Of a stretch of 64,000 bases of DNA, positions 27,886 to 40,957 are shown in pieces. This DNA is from Eledone cirrhosa. Its lineage: Eukaryota. A program made the position numbers and the translations under genes. Below the pieces are notes generated by a model. It did no database searches. It was not told where the DNA came from and worked only from the letters and a program-made list of their open reading frames with translations. The DNA lies in the NCBI GenBank assembly GCA_964016885.1, contig OZ024744.1, positions 54,622,001 through 54,686,000 of the forward strand. Direction: 5' to 3'. The stretch's first letter is position 1, and every line of letters starts with the position of its first letter.

Positions 27886-28567
27886 AATTTTCAATTGCCA
27901 CCACATTCTAATTCACACGTGCTTATATATATATATATATCATCATCATCATCGTGTAACGTACATCTTCCACACTAGCATGGGTTAGACGGTTTTGTTC
28001 CATTTGATAGGGGAATGGTTGGGAGACCATGTCTCGCTTGCACGGAAGCGTGTCTGACAGGTTTTTTTTACAGCTGGATGCTCTTCCTAACACCAACCAC
28101 ATTTACAGTGTTGACTGGAGGCTGGCGTGCGGGAGTTGTATGTAGTGTTGGGATTAGAGAGGTAGATCTAAGGTTGGGTACTTATCTGTTGATGGGCGAG
28201 GTGTAAGGATGCGGCTGAAGGGTGGAGTATTAGGACATCGGTGGAGTGTTTTGATGTTGGAAGTGTATAGAAGGAGGAAGGGAGGGGATGGAAAGGTGGT
28301 ACATACTAGATATATGCTTCAACCTGTATATATATATTTATATATATATTATATATTTATTATCATCATCATCATCATCATCGTTTAACATTCCTTATCC
28401 ACGCTAGCATGGGTTTAACAAGTTGTCTCATTAGAGACATGACAGCTCAAGTGACCATGTCATGCTCATACAAATCTGTTTCTGGCTTGGTTTCTATGGT
28501 TGAATGCCCTCCCTAATGCCATCCATATACATCACTGATTCTTTGTTTTCCATTATATATATATATA

Positions 28568-29300
28568 TCATCATCATCACCATAACGTCCATTCTTCCAT
28601 GCTATCATGGGGTAGACAAGTTGACCTGTTGTGGGCAATGCTAGATCAGGTGACCATGCTTTACTTATACTGGACTGATTCTGGCTTGGTTTCTACAGCT
28701 GGATGCTCTTCCTAATGCCAACCTCATTTACAGTGAGGACTGGGTGCTTTTTGTAGTGTCACCTACATGACCACTTTACAGTGTGAGCTGGGTGCTTTTT
28801 GTCATGGCACCTACGCGGTCACTTTAGAGTGTGGGCTGGGTGCTTTTCCTCATCATACTTACACAACCCCTATACAGTGAAAGTGTGGGTGAGGGTGGGG
28901 TAGGCCATACTGTATATATACTTCAGCTTCAGCTGTGCCCATGGGAAGTCAGGTCCACTGTATTACTGCATAATGCCAGAGATCTCGGTCCTGTGTCATC
29001 GTCTTTGAGATGTACAATTGGGCAAGGTCAGCTTTTATCACCTCATCCCAAATCTTCCTGGGACTTCCTCCTCCATGGCTTCCATTAACTTTGAGCACTC
29101 TACACCTTTTTAGGTAGCTGCCATCCTTTATACACATTACATGGCCATACCAACGTAATCTCCTCTCCAGCACACAACATTTGATTCCTCTTAAGCCTAG
29201 TTTTCCTCTCAGTTCGTTTATGCTTTGCTGTTCACGTATATTACTATTACGCATTCATCGAAGCATGAAGATTCATTTCTTTCCAACCTATACAAGAGAA
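28568..29300 (-). mobile_element. RTE-like LINE 3' fragment with long 3' UTR and (ATG)n tail
   Basis: ORF 28949-29254 [24 protein letters not shown]; the UTR is shared with many SINE-like copies (gggcatccagctgtagaaa). Confidence 0.8.
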
Positions 29301-29488
29301 GGCTGGATTCCAAATATTCTTATTCTTTTAATGTTGCAAAAATGCCAATACATATTTCTATGGCTTGCTTACATCATGAGATTATTACACTAGACATTTG
29401 GTGATGTCATCAGGTGTAAATTGCAAAGATTAACTAATCAATTGCTGGTTTACAGCAAACATAAACAGAGAATAGAATTGATATAGAG

Positions 29489-29765
29489 CAGGCAGGAGCA
29501 ACCTTTTTCGAGAAGATATGGCTCATCATCAGATGGGCCACAAGCGCTAATTTACATTCGTGCCCACATTAAAAAAAGGGCGGTAACTCAGGTTGTTTTG
29601 ATTTGTTTCTTCAGAATTCGTACATGTTGTTTTCCCCGATCGTAAAAATGATAGAAAGATAAATTATGACTGAAAAGTTGGGGTAAAAAAATCAGAAAGA
29701 TTTCTCTTAGGTGACTTAGGTGAGCCATTCAGAAAGCTTCGCGGGCCACAGGTTGCCCATGACTG
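29489..29765. mobile_element. hAT (Charlie-like) MITE, degenerate
   Basis: CAGgcaggagCAACCT...AGGTTGcccatgaCTG termini with flanks atatagag/gtctagag (8-bp NTCTAGAN-like TSD). Confidence 0.55.
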
Positions 29766-30734
29766 GTCTAGAGACTGCACACCATTGAGTGTTACTGATA
29801 TGACAAACCACCTCCTTATGCTGGCATATAAGTGATAAACATCATTTAAAGAAAAAAAATGAAAAATGAATTAAATGAAAACGAAATGGAAATTTCCATT
29901 CCATCTATTGTTATAGTTATAGTTGTGGAAGGATTTTTTGTAAGTACTGGTGTATACAAGCACAGAAAACATTTAATTGCTTATAACCTAGAGCTTTATC
30001 TAAAAGTTGACATTTCATAAGATGTAACATACTTTTACTTTTCAGAAGCCATATGTGTTGTTAAGTTTTATATCTAATGTTTTCTTTTTTTTTTTTGTAA
30101 TGTTTTTAACAAGTGCTTTCAGTAAGACTAAATCTGGCAAGTCATTCGATATATTCATATATGTAGACAAAAATTAAAACTGATAACAGCTTCTCATATG
30201 ATTCATCATCATCATTGTCATTGTTGTTTTAACATCTACCCTCTCTGCTAACAAGTGTTGGACAGGTCTACATAGACTAGTCAGTACTGAAGCAGAGCTA
30301 CAGACCTCTCAGGCTGAAAGGTCAATCACAATCATCATCATTTTAACGTCTGCTTTCCTTGACAGCAAGGGTTGGACATGTCTACATAGACCAAGTCAGT
30401 ACTGAAGCGGGGCCACTAAAGAGGCTGTCATGTCCTTGACCACAAACCACTTCATATCACACACCGGGTGCATTTATCATGTAGGTCACCAACACCAGGG
30501 AGGCTGTCACATCCCTGACATGACTAAAGGGTGCCCTGCTTGGCAAGCCCTCCATGGCTGAACGCCCCTCCCAACGCCAACCACCAAGCAGAGCATACTG
30601 GGTGCACACATTGTGCAGATCACCAACACTAGGGAGGCCATCACATCCTTAATACAACTGAAAAGCCCCCCCCCCTCCTGCTTGGCAAGCTTTCTACTGC
30701 TGGACGCTCTTCTTATCACCAACCACTTTATAAT

Positions 30735-30900
30735 AATTGTTTCTACTTTTGGAACAAGGCCAGCAATTACCCAGTGCATTACTGATGCTTTATTTTATCG
30801 ACCCCGTAAGGATGAAAGGCAAAGTTAATCTCAGCGTAAAAGGGCGTAACTCTATGCTGCAAAGCATGAGATCTGACCCTCTACCGATACTGCCAATCAA
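30735..30900 (-). mobile_element. SINE family A copy
   Basis: Reverse complement of the family A consensus with an internal deletion. Confidence 0.75.
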
Positions 30901-30985
30901 CCACTTTATAATATATGAAAAACATGTAAAATGAATATGAATCTCATTCCAAGATATTGAGATAGAACAACCAAGTTGGCTTGAA

Positions 30986-31500
30986 TATTAATATAGAAGC
31001 AATAGAGAGATCATAAAACTATGATATGGAATACAAGCAGTAGAGAGATCATAAAACTATGATATGGAATACAAGCAGTAGAGAGATCATAAAACTATGA
31101 TATTAATATAGAATACAAGCAGTAGAGAGATCATAAAACTATGATATTAATATAGAATACAAGCAGTAGAGAGATCATAAAACTATGATATTAATATAGA
31201 ATACAAGCAGTAGAGAGATCATAAAACTGATATTAATATAGAATACAAGCAGTAGAGAGATCATAAAACTATGATATTAATATAGAATACAAGCAATAGA
31301 GAGATCATAAAACTATGATATGGAATACAAGCAGTAGAGAGATCATAAAACTATGATATTAATATAGAATACAAGCAGTAGAGAGATCATAAAACTATGA
31401 TATTAATATAGAATACAAGCAGTAGAGAGATCATAAAACTATGATATTAATATAGAATACAAGCAGTAGATCGATCATAAAATTATAATATGGAAACAAG
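30986..31500. repeat. Minisatellite of 44-bp and 38-bp units
   Basis: agtagagagatcataaaactatgatattaatatagaatacaagc (44) and agtagagagatcataaaactatgatatggaatacaagc (38), about 12 units. Confidence 0.95.
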
Positions 31501-31601
31501 CATAAACGTCAAAGATTCCGTCATAGAATTAAAGAAAATGAAAGAATATTTGATGCTCAAAAGTCATTCTTGCTTGAATGCCATCTTATTTTTTCTTTTA
31601 A

Positions 31602-31822
31602 CCCTTTAGCATTTAAACTGTCCATATCTGACCAGCATTCTCTCACCTCTTTCTGTTCAAACTGCCTGTAACCAGCTGCTCATACTGATGTTAAGGTATT
31701 GTTCTCAAAAAAAATAATATCAAAATCTCATAGATTCCATATTATGTGAGATAATTATGTGAAGTAAGGCCTTTACCGTGAAAAGATCAAAGTAAATATA
31801 GAGTAATAAAAATACTAAAGGG
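31602..31822. mobile_element. piggyBac-like MITE
   Basis: TTAA|CCCTTTAG...CTAAAGGG|TTAA: terminal inverted repeats with TTAA TSD. Confidence 0.85.
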
Positions 31823-32634
31823 TTAATCAATTGACAGGATCCCAGACCTAATTCACTTTACCGAGTGAGGTGGAACACATCAAATCGGACCAAGGAAAGA
31901 ATATTTCCATTGGTCTTTACGTTGCTGATACTATCTACTGGTTGCAACTTCTGGTAGAAAGAACAACGTGAAATAAAATATTTACAAATCCTATTTAGTG
32001 CCCTTATATTCTAGCAGAGGTAAAAGATTTGAAATATTTTTAAAATGCAGTTTCCAAATATGGTGACTTAGAGCCAAAACAATATATATTATATGTCATA
32101 TATCACCACCATCTGGAATCACAACACAAATGTTCCCAATACATGTTGCAAAGTGATTGGTGTAAGGAAGGGCACCCCCCAAAAAAAACAACAACAACAA
32201 CAACCCCAAAATGGAACATATGAGCAAGACATGGTCACCTGACTTATCAAGACACTGTATGTCACAGCCTGTCTAACCCATGCACGCCCCTACACATACA
32301 AGCACACACAATTTGTAACTCAACCTATAGTTTTGCATGGCTTCTTAAAAGATTCCTTCTTCATAATATGTCTTTTGAATCTGACTGCTTGCTCTACGCT
32401 AACTGTTTTGATATTGTTGTTTGTTCTTGAAAGCTTGTGAGGTTGGTAAACCTTATTTTTGTTCTTTATAATCTCCTAAGGATATGTGAATTGTAGGTAA
32501 TATGTATGGTGTAGTTAATTGTTCTGCAAATACATGTACCATTATAACCATATTGAAATAGATGTAGAAATAAAGGATAAAGGAATGGATGTAAGGTGAT
32601 AATCTTGATTTTTTTTTCTAATATTGAATATATA

Positions 32635-33101
32635 TCATCATCATCATCATCATCATCATCATTTTACGTCCGCTTTTCCCTGCTTGCAAGGGTGGGATGG
32701 GTCCTATTCAGCACAGCATCTCTACACTTGTCATGGTCCTTCGTCATCTCCACTGTGAACTTCAGCGATCTGAGGTCTGCTCTCACCACCTCCGCCCATG
32801 TTTTTCATGGTTTTCCTCTACTACGTCTTCCTTCAACTGGCATTTCCTGCCACTTCTTCACCCATCTGTCATCCTCCATGCACATCACATGTCCATACCA
32901 TCGCAGTCACCTCTCCCGCACACAACAATTTATCCCTCTCAGACACAGTTTCTCTCTCAACACATCCATGCTCGGCCGTTCACGCACATTGACATTGCAC
33001 ATCCAACGGAGCATGCTTGCCTCATTTCTCTCCAGCCGTCGCATATCCTCTGCAGTTGCTGCCCATGTCTCACTACCATGCAGCATCGTGCACCTCACAC
33101 A

Positions 33102-33105
<4 letters not shown>
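32635..33105 (-). mobile_element. RTE LINE 3' fragment (same family as 3229-4818)
   Basis: High identity to 3230-3685, MLHGSETWAATAEDMRRLERNE, (GAT)n tail. Confidence 0.9.
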
Positions 33106-33150
<45 letters not shown>

Positions 33151-33157
<7 letters not shown>

Positions 33158-34207
33158 AAGGTATGTCCATTGAATCATTTGATAAGATATATACACATCT
33201 CCTCTCCCAATCAGCATAATCAACCACACAAAAAAACAATTAAACCAGGCTATAAGATTAAAAGGCACCTATGAAGAGATAATAGATAAATAAACGACAG
33301 CCATCTATTCGCGATCAACAGCTATAGAATATTTACCCAGCATTTCAATAGCACGTGGAAATCGATTAAATATATCGTCAACCATACACAATTAGGTATA
33401 AAATTAAAGTTAGAAGAAAAAATGTATATAAACATACCAAGATTACGTTTCTACCCCATGGAGTTTCATTGGCTTTTGGAAATATCCGATCAAGGATAAA
33501 TTCACGAGCTTCGAAATCATCAAGAAACAAACTCACTTGGACGAAGATTTTTCTTAAATGATCCCCGCCAGAAACGAATTCAAAATGGCTAAGAACTGTG
33601 ACGTGGCAGTGGTCAAGTCAGAAAGAATGTGATTGGTGCCTTACGGCGAGTGGGCTGGTTGCTAGAAAGCGCAGCCTAATATTGCCTAAATTGCATCTCA
33701 ACCTTATGGGAGACTATCAAATATAAAGATTTACATATACACAAACTAGAGAAAGTCATAGATATATATATGTGTGTTTTTGGCAACCATTCACTATGTG
33801 GCTCAATGACGAATTAATTAATTAAATAATCAACAATCAAAGCAATATATTGGTATGTTTATATACATTTTTTCTTCTAACTTTAATTTTATACCTAATT
33901 GTGTATGGTTGACGGTATATTTAATCGATTTCCACGTGCTATTGAAATGCTGGGTAAATATTCTATAGCTGTTGATCATGAATAGATGGCTGTCATTTAT
34001 TTATGTATTATTTCTTCATAGGTGCCTTTTAATCTTATAGCCTGGTTTAATTGATTTTTGTGTGGTTGATTATGCTGATTGGGAGAGGAGATGGTGTATA
34101 TATCTTATCAAATGATTCTATGGACATACCTTATTGTATATTGCTTTGATTGTTGATTATCTAATTAGTTAATTCGTCATTGAGCCACATCGTGAATGGT
34201 TGCCAAA

Positions 34208-34211
<4 letters not shown>
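33151..34211. mobile_element. Non-coding inverted-repeat element carrying an HHR (PLE pLTR-like)
   Basis: 33151-33440 is the reverse complement of 33850-34140; 33775-33848 is the reverse complement of 34138-34211. Confidence 0.8.
33447..33528 (-). ncRNA. Type I hammerhead variant (C3U core, long stem II)
   Basis: Minus strand: GTTTC-TTGATGA-t...t-GAAA-CTCCATGGGG-TA-GAAAC; 5-bp stem I, near-palindromic stem III. Confidence 0.6.
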
Positions 34212-34242
<31 letters not shown>

Positions 34243-34245
<3 letters not shown>

Positions 34246-34397
34246 TGGTGAGAACAGACCTCAGATCATTGAAGCTCACGGTGGAGATGACGAGGGACCG
34301 TGACGAGTGGAGAGATGCTGTGCTGAATAAGACCCGTCCCACCCTTGCAAGCAGGGAAAAGCGGACATAAAATGATGATGATGATGATGATGATGAT
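34243..34397 (+). mobile_element. RTE LINE extreme 3' end
   Basis: gacccgtcccacccttgcaagcagggaaaagcggacataaaat(gat)n. Confidence 0.85.
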
Positions 34398-35308
34398 ATA
34401 TATGACTTTGTTTAGTTTGTGTATATATAAATCTTTATATATATATATATATCATCATTATTGCCGCTTTACGTCCATTCTTCCACATTAGCATGGGTTA
34501 GATGGGTTGTCCTGTTGTGGGCAATGCCAGGTCAGATACCTTGCTCATACAGGAACTGATTTTGGCTTGATTTCTACAGCTGGATGCCCTTCCTAACACC
34601 AACTTCATTTACAATGAGTACTGGGTGCTTTTTACCGTGACGCCTACACGATCACTTTACAGTGTGGACTGGGTGCTTTTTGTCGTGACACCTACACAAT
34701 CACTTTACTGTGGCAGGGTGGCGGGGGCATACTGTCTATATGTTTCAGCTTGTACCTTTGGGAAGTCGGGTCTTCTGTATTACTGTGTAATGCCAGTGGT
34801 CTCGGTCCTGTGTCATTGCCTATGAATGTTTGTATATATATATATATACCATATATACTCAAGTAATAGTCAATCTCATATATGAGCTGGAGTAGCTGTT
34901 ACAGCACATCTCCCTCACTGTTTTCCGGGACAATGTATTCTCCATCCTGTCTGATGGGACCAAAAGGTGGAGGGTAAGTTAGTTAGAGGTGGAGGATACT
35001 CATTCAGACGTCACACATATTCACACATGACTGTATCACATTAAACATTTTAAATTAGTGTTATTAGATTCACACTTTCGATGAAAGAGAAAAAAAGATT
35101 CAATGTATCGGACATTAGTCTTTCATCTGGAGAGTACAACAGTAGATAGATTAGAAAATAAATAATGGAAAAAAGGGGAACATATGAGTGTGAGTGTTGT
35201 TTTTAATTTTTTGTGTGTATCAGTATATATATTGGTTAAATGGTATGAACTATAGAAAATGTATGCAGGACCTCGTTGAGAACAACATGGTTGTGGGAGG
35301 CAGCCAGC

Positions 35309-35480
35309 TCAGTAATGGCATGTCAGTGGGTGGAGACCGAAAGTATCTATAGAGGTACCGCAGTGACATTTGTGAAGTTTACAGACCTGGAAACCAAGCC
35401 TCAGAGAAACAACGATGCAGAAGCAGTTGCTGTCACAAGTGATGGTACTGTGTTGAATGAAGCTCCACTGTGGTGTTGGG
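35309..35480 (-). mobile_element. Fragment resembling the zinc-knuckle region of CRE-type (RLE) non-LTR retrotransposons
   Basis: CIVVSLRLGFQVCKLHKCHCGTSIDTFGLHPLTC fits the recalled LRLG..C..H.C.CG..D..G.H.L.C pattern. Confidence 0.55.
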
Positions 35481-35714
35481 AGACTGAGCGAAAACATATA
35501 ATATAATATGTATATATCGATCAATCGAATTGATCAACAAGATTCCAGACCTCATTTGCATACCAAGTGGGGTGGAACTTGTCAAATAAGACCAAGAAAA
35601 CAAGTATGCATTTGGCAACTTAGACAATGGTGTCAGATTTTAATTCCATACATCATGTAAATTATTCAACCATCACCATTTTAAGGCTAAAACGCTTTCA
35701 CAAAAAAGTGTTAT

Positions 35715-36260
35715 TCATGATTTACTGTTTACTGATGATACTGCACTTGTTGCAATGTCCATTGAAGCAATGTCTGTTAAAGTCTGTAAGGTATTTGGTT
35801 TAACAATCAGCATTAATAAGACTGGGATGGTACATCAACCAAGGCCAACTACCCCCAGACATCCCCATGTTCCCATCACTGTTGATGGCAAGGATCTGAA
35901 GTATGTGAATCCTTTACTTACCTTGGCAGCAAGGAGAGCTTCTCTGCATTCCTGGATGAAGAGATTGTCAATCGCATCTCTAAAGCAACTGATGTTATTG
36001 GCAAACTACATCATCATGTATGGGGTGTCAGAGATATATCCCTGAAAACAAAAGTTGCAGTTTATCTTGCAGTGGTACTGACAACACTATTATACGGCTT
36101 TATAAGCTTGATGTCTTTCACAAACATTGTCTTCGATCTATCTGTGGTTATGGCACTTTCTGTAGGATTGGGTCATTTATGATGCAATCCCAACTCAGAT
36201 GGGCTGGTCATGTCCTAAGGATGACTGAGGACTGCACACCCAACATACTTTTTTTTACCA
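35715..36260 (+). mobile_element. Old RTE/BovB-like LINE RT remnant
   Basis: DLLFTDDTALVA, FGLTISINKT, YLGS, FHKHCLRSIC, QLRWAGHVLRM across frameshifts. Confidence 0.75.
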
Positions 36261-36958
36261 TAGTCACCAAACAGAGGAAAACTAGCTACATGCCTTTTTC
36301 CCAGCCAAAAGAAAGACAGCAAAGGCAATTCTTGCAATAAACTTGATCAACATGTAACAACAATTGTTCGACAAAACTCCATGTCAGCAAAGCTTTAAAC
36401 ATTGGACAAATACACATGGAATGGTTTTGTCACTGTGCACATCTCCGACAGGCCTGCCTGCTGTCACTTCTATTTTTATAGATTTTGTTTCAAACTAGTA
36501 ATGTTCCATAGTGGCACTGTTGGGTCAGTTAGTTTTAGAAGTTATCTATAGTTCTTGAGACAAAAATTATCCAAAATTACTAATAAAAATAATAAGGAGT
36601 TTGAAAAGATTTAATAAGATAGTAAGCACATTTCTCATTATTAATCTAATATTTGAAATATAGTTTAACAAAGGTTCTTATATAAAATTATGATGGAATG
36701 TTTTTAAATAAATATAAACACTTAAAAACAAAGAGCTTTCTATTAGACAACCAGGGGCAGTTTCAGGGAGTTGGTATCAAAAGGGTTAAAGAAACCTGTA
36801 AATACTAAGTGGGAGTGAGAATTTTAAGGAGTATGAATAAAATATTTTGAGTAGTGTATCATGTCACACCTTGTTTGGAAAACTGCAGGTATTTTTTTGC
36901 CAATAAATTGCAGGTGAATTAATGGATGAATAACTAACAAAATCCAATAAATCAATGG

Positions 36959-36999
<41 letters not shown>

Positions 37000-37159
37000 T
37001 CATCATCATCATCATCATCAGGTTTAGCGTCCGTGTTCCACGCTTGCATGGGTTTGGACGGGGGTTTTCCCACTTGAGGCAAGAGTGGTTGTCTTGCTCG
37101 CATAGGACTGTCTGGCGGGTTTTCTACAGTTGGATGCCCTTCCTAACACCAACCACATT

Positions 37160-37200
<41 letters not shown>

Positions 37201-37276
37201 GTATATATATGTATATATATATACATGTATATATACATGTATAAATGTATATATAAACTTAACGATGATGATGATG

Positions 37277-37322
<46 letters not shown>

Positions 37323-37334
37323 TTCTTTCTTCTC

Positions 37335-37378
<44 letters not shown>

Positions 37379-37469
37379 ATTTCTTTTCACTTTTGTTTCT
37401 AAAGTGAAAGAAAACTTGTTATGGAAATGTGATTAAACTGTAGGTATATTCCATTGATCAGATATTCTC

Positions 37470-37519
<50 letters not shown>

Positions 37520-37806
37520 TTTACGTCCGCTTTTCCCTGCTTATATATAAATATACATGCATATTCATATATGCATATACATACATATGCATACATATGC
37601 ATACATGCATATGTATGTATGTACATACATACATATGTATATACGTTCATAAATATATGTATACATACATACATATATATATATATACGTATATATATAC
37701 ATATATATATACACATATATATATATATGTGTGTGTGTGTCATCATCAATCATCATCATCACCGATAACGTTCATCTTCCATGCTTCCATTGGTTAGAGT
37801 TATAAT

Positions 37807-37993
37807 TGTTTCTACTTTTGGCACAAGGCCAGCAATTATCCCAGTGTATTACTGGTACTTTATTTTACCGACCCTGTAAGGATGAAAGGCAAAGTTAACC
37901 TCGGCGGGATTTGAACTCAGACCATAAAGGGCCGTAACTCTTTGCTGCAAAGCATGGCGTCCGACTCTCTACCGATACTGCCATTCCACCACC
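37807..37993 (-). mobile_element. SINE family A, near full length
   Basis: tRNA-like head (ggcagtatcggtagag..gagttcaaatccc) and TSD ttagagttataat at 37794-37806 and 37994-38006. Confidence 0.85.
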
Positions 37994-38164
37994 TTAGAGT
38001 TATAATGATGTCATGATGTAAGTCAAGCTAAGTTAGTTGACCATGTCTAGCTCATACAGATCTGTTTTGGGCTTGGTTTTCTATGGTTTGGATGCCCTTC
38101 TCAACACCAACCACCTTACAAGGTGAACTGGTAGTTTTTCTCATAGCACCACCACTACCAGTTT

Positions 38165-38199
<35 letters not shown>

Positions 38200-38201
<2 letters not shown>

Positions 38202-39385
38202 ATAATGAAAATATTGTGTACAGTGCTCAGGTGCACTACAACTCATCAAAAGTGTATGTATAGTACATAGGGTAATGTACAAACATCAGGAAAATGAACA
38301 GTGCACGAGTCATGATATACACATGTGTGCATGTGTATGGAAGGGGTACATCAGGTGTAGTTTTGGCGAATTTCGGGAAGCATGAGGGTTTTAAAGGATG
38401 CAGTGTCTCGGCAGCTAACAACTGACGCAGGCAGTTTGTTCCATGCTTCAGCAACTCTGAGTGTGAAAAAATGTTTCCAAAAGTCATGGGAGCTGTGCTG
38501 TTTTCTGACTTTGAAGGCATGTCCACGTGTGTTAGACACATGGAGATCAAAAAGGTGCTCAGGGTTGTTGTTGGCGAGATGGTTAAAAACTTTGTGGGTG
38601 TTTACCAAGTTCATTGCCAGACGTCGGAGCTTCAATGAATCCATGCCCAGGGAAGCAAGGCGTTCAGAGTATGGTAGGTGTTTGATGGAGGGTATGCACT
38701 TGGTTGCACGGCTCTGAACAGTTTCCAGGAGGTCAATGTTCTGAGCAAGATAGGGGTTCCAGACTGATGATGCAAATTCCAAGTGTGGTCATACCATAGC
38801 TGTATACAGCTTTAAATAGATGGCTGGAGAGCGGCTAACAAAGGTCTTGCTGAGTGATGCCAAGACACCCTCGGCCTTCTTGACAATCTTAGAGACATGC
38901 TTTGTACAACACAAATCGCTGCTGACAGTAATGCCCAGGTCACGTTCACAAGAAGACTTCTTGATATCAGTGTTGTGGAGGGAGTATGTGGACGCTGGAT
39001 TTTTCCTCCCAAAATGCATGGTGGTACACTTGTCCACAGCCAGCTTCAGTTGCTAGTCTGTGATCCATTACTGCATTGTGTCCAGGTCTGATTGTAGGAA
39101 AGAGTTATAGATTTCAGGATCTGTCCTTTTAATTTCAAGGTACAGCTTGATGTCATCTGCATATTTCAGTACCATGGTATTCTTTAAGTTGGCATCTATG
39201 TCATTAATATATGCCACAAACAAAAGGGGACCAAGAACAGATCCCTGTGGTACACCAGATGACATCTCATATGGTGAAGAATGCTGTCCTAGAACCCTGA
39301 CTACCGCTTTTCGGCTGAGAATGAAGGATTAACCAGTTAAAAAGATCATCCCTCACACCCATTGCAGAGAGTTTCGCCATAAGTC
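38200..39385 (-). mobile_element. CR1-clade LINE, 5'-truncated
   Basis: SGVPQGSVLGPLLF..YADDIKL, ERDLGITV, RPHLEFASSVWNP, RGHAFK..FFTLRVAEAWNKLP; (ATT)n tail. Confidence 0.92.
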
Positions 39386-39993
39386 TAAATATAAATATTT
39401 ATTAAAATAACAGATTAAAGTTTAAGCAAAGAATCGTTGCTTTCACCCTTAACGAGATCTTCTGAAACTCAGACTCTGGCTTGATTTCTACAGCTGGATG
39501 CCCTTCCTAACACCAACCTCATTTACAGTGAGTGCTGGGTCCTTTTTTTCTGTGGCGGCTACAAGTCTACTTTACTGTGTGGGCTGGGTGCTTTTTTGCC
39601 GTGGCACCTCCACAACCACTTTGCAGTGGGAGGGGTGGGGGCATATTGTCTATATGCTTCAGCTTCGGCTTGTACCCGTGGGGAGTCAGGTCTTCTGTAT
39701 TACTGCATGACACCAGTGGTCACTGTCCTGTCTTTGAGAGGTGCAATTGGGTAAGGTCCTAGAATCACTGTATGTCAATATGGTACACCTACAACACTTT
39801 TAAGAGTTACGGGTTCATATATACATATATATATATATACATACATATATATATGCAAAATTATAGAAGATACATATATATATATGTATGCATATGAAGA
39901 TGCTTCCGTAGGAAAGGTAAAGGAAAAGAGAGTGCTCTATGTAGACTACAGAACTTTATAGTTATGTAATAAACAACATAAGATAATTATTTC

Positions 39994-40058
39994 ATTTACC
40001 AAAGGTTTCACAAAGACAGATGAGCCTGACATAGATGTCTGACTTCGTTCATCAGAAT
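39994..40058 (-). ncRNA. Type I hammerhead ribozyme
   Basis: Minus strand: ATT-CTGATGA-ACGAAG...CTTTGT-GAAACC ttt GGTA-AAT. Confidence 0.7.
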
Positions 40059-40059
40059 T

Positions 40060-40335
40060 CTTATGTATACATAAGTATAAACACGTGCATATCATGGTCA
40101 TACACTGTTCACTTTCCTAACATTTGTACTTTATTCTATGTACTATACATACACCTTTGATGAGTTGTAGTGCTCTTGAGCACTGTACACAATCATTTTC
40201 ATTATTATTATTTTCATGAGTTCAAATCCCGCCGAGGTTAACTTTGCCTTTCATCCTTATGGGGTCGATAAAATAAAGTACCAGTAATACACTGATATAA
40301 TTGCTGGCCTTGTGCCGAAAGTAGAAACAATTATT
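40060..40335 (+). mobile_element. CR1 3' UTR followed by SINE family A
   Basis: gagttgtagtgc..gagcactgtacacaat..(att)n, then gagttcaaatcccgccgaggttaac. Confidence 0.75.
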
Positions 40336-40843
40336 ATTATTTTCATTATTATTACTTTTTAATTATATACAGGGTGTCGATCCTTTACCAGTTCATCATT
40401 ATCATCATCATCATCATCGTTTAACGTCTATCTTCCATGCTAGCATGGGTTAGAAGGGAATTGTCCCACTTGAGGCAATGTTGATCGGGTGACCATGTCT
40501 TGCTTGTATAGGACTGTATCTGGCAGGTTTTCTATGGCTGGATGCGCTTCCTAACACCAACCACATTTACAGTGTGGAGTGGGAGCCTTTTTACCGTGTC
40601 TCCTACACGACTACTTTACAGCGTGGACTGGGTGCTTTTTTGTACTGATACCTACACAACCTCTTTAGTTTGGACTGGATGTTCTGTGGTACCAACTTAA
40701 CTTTAAAGAGATAGGGTGGTGTATATATGTATATATATATACACTAGAAGGGAGCGGGCGCTCCAAGCCAAAACACACATTTATTTAGTCCGGTCCCTTT
40801 CACTCAAAATGGCCTCGGAAATGTTAACTTTTAATCAATTTTT

Positions 40844-40894
40844 GCTGTCTGAAGAAATCACGATATCAATCATCATTGAAATATGTATAACAGC
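40844..40894 (+). ncRNA. Type I hammerhead ribozyme
   Basis: GCTGT-CTGAAGA-AAT cac GAT atca ATC atc ATT-GAAA-TATGTA-TA-ACAGC; perfect 5-bp stem I. Confidence 0.75.
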
Positions 40895-40957
40895 TCAATT
40901 AATAAAGGACCTTAACATGTTCAACTTCGCATTTTCCTCTTTATATATATATATATA

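Noticed and set aside
30986-31500. Possible CRISPR array
   Set aside because: Pure tandem units with no unique spacers, eukaryotic context, no cas genes.
39436-39470. CAGAAGA...GAAA motif on minus (also ~41945-41980)
   Set aside because: Both copies lack the invariant U4 and have no convincing stem I.
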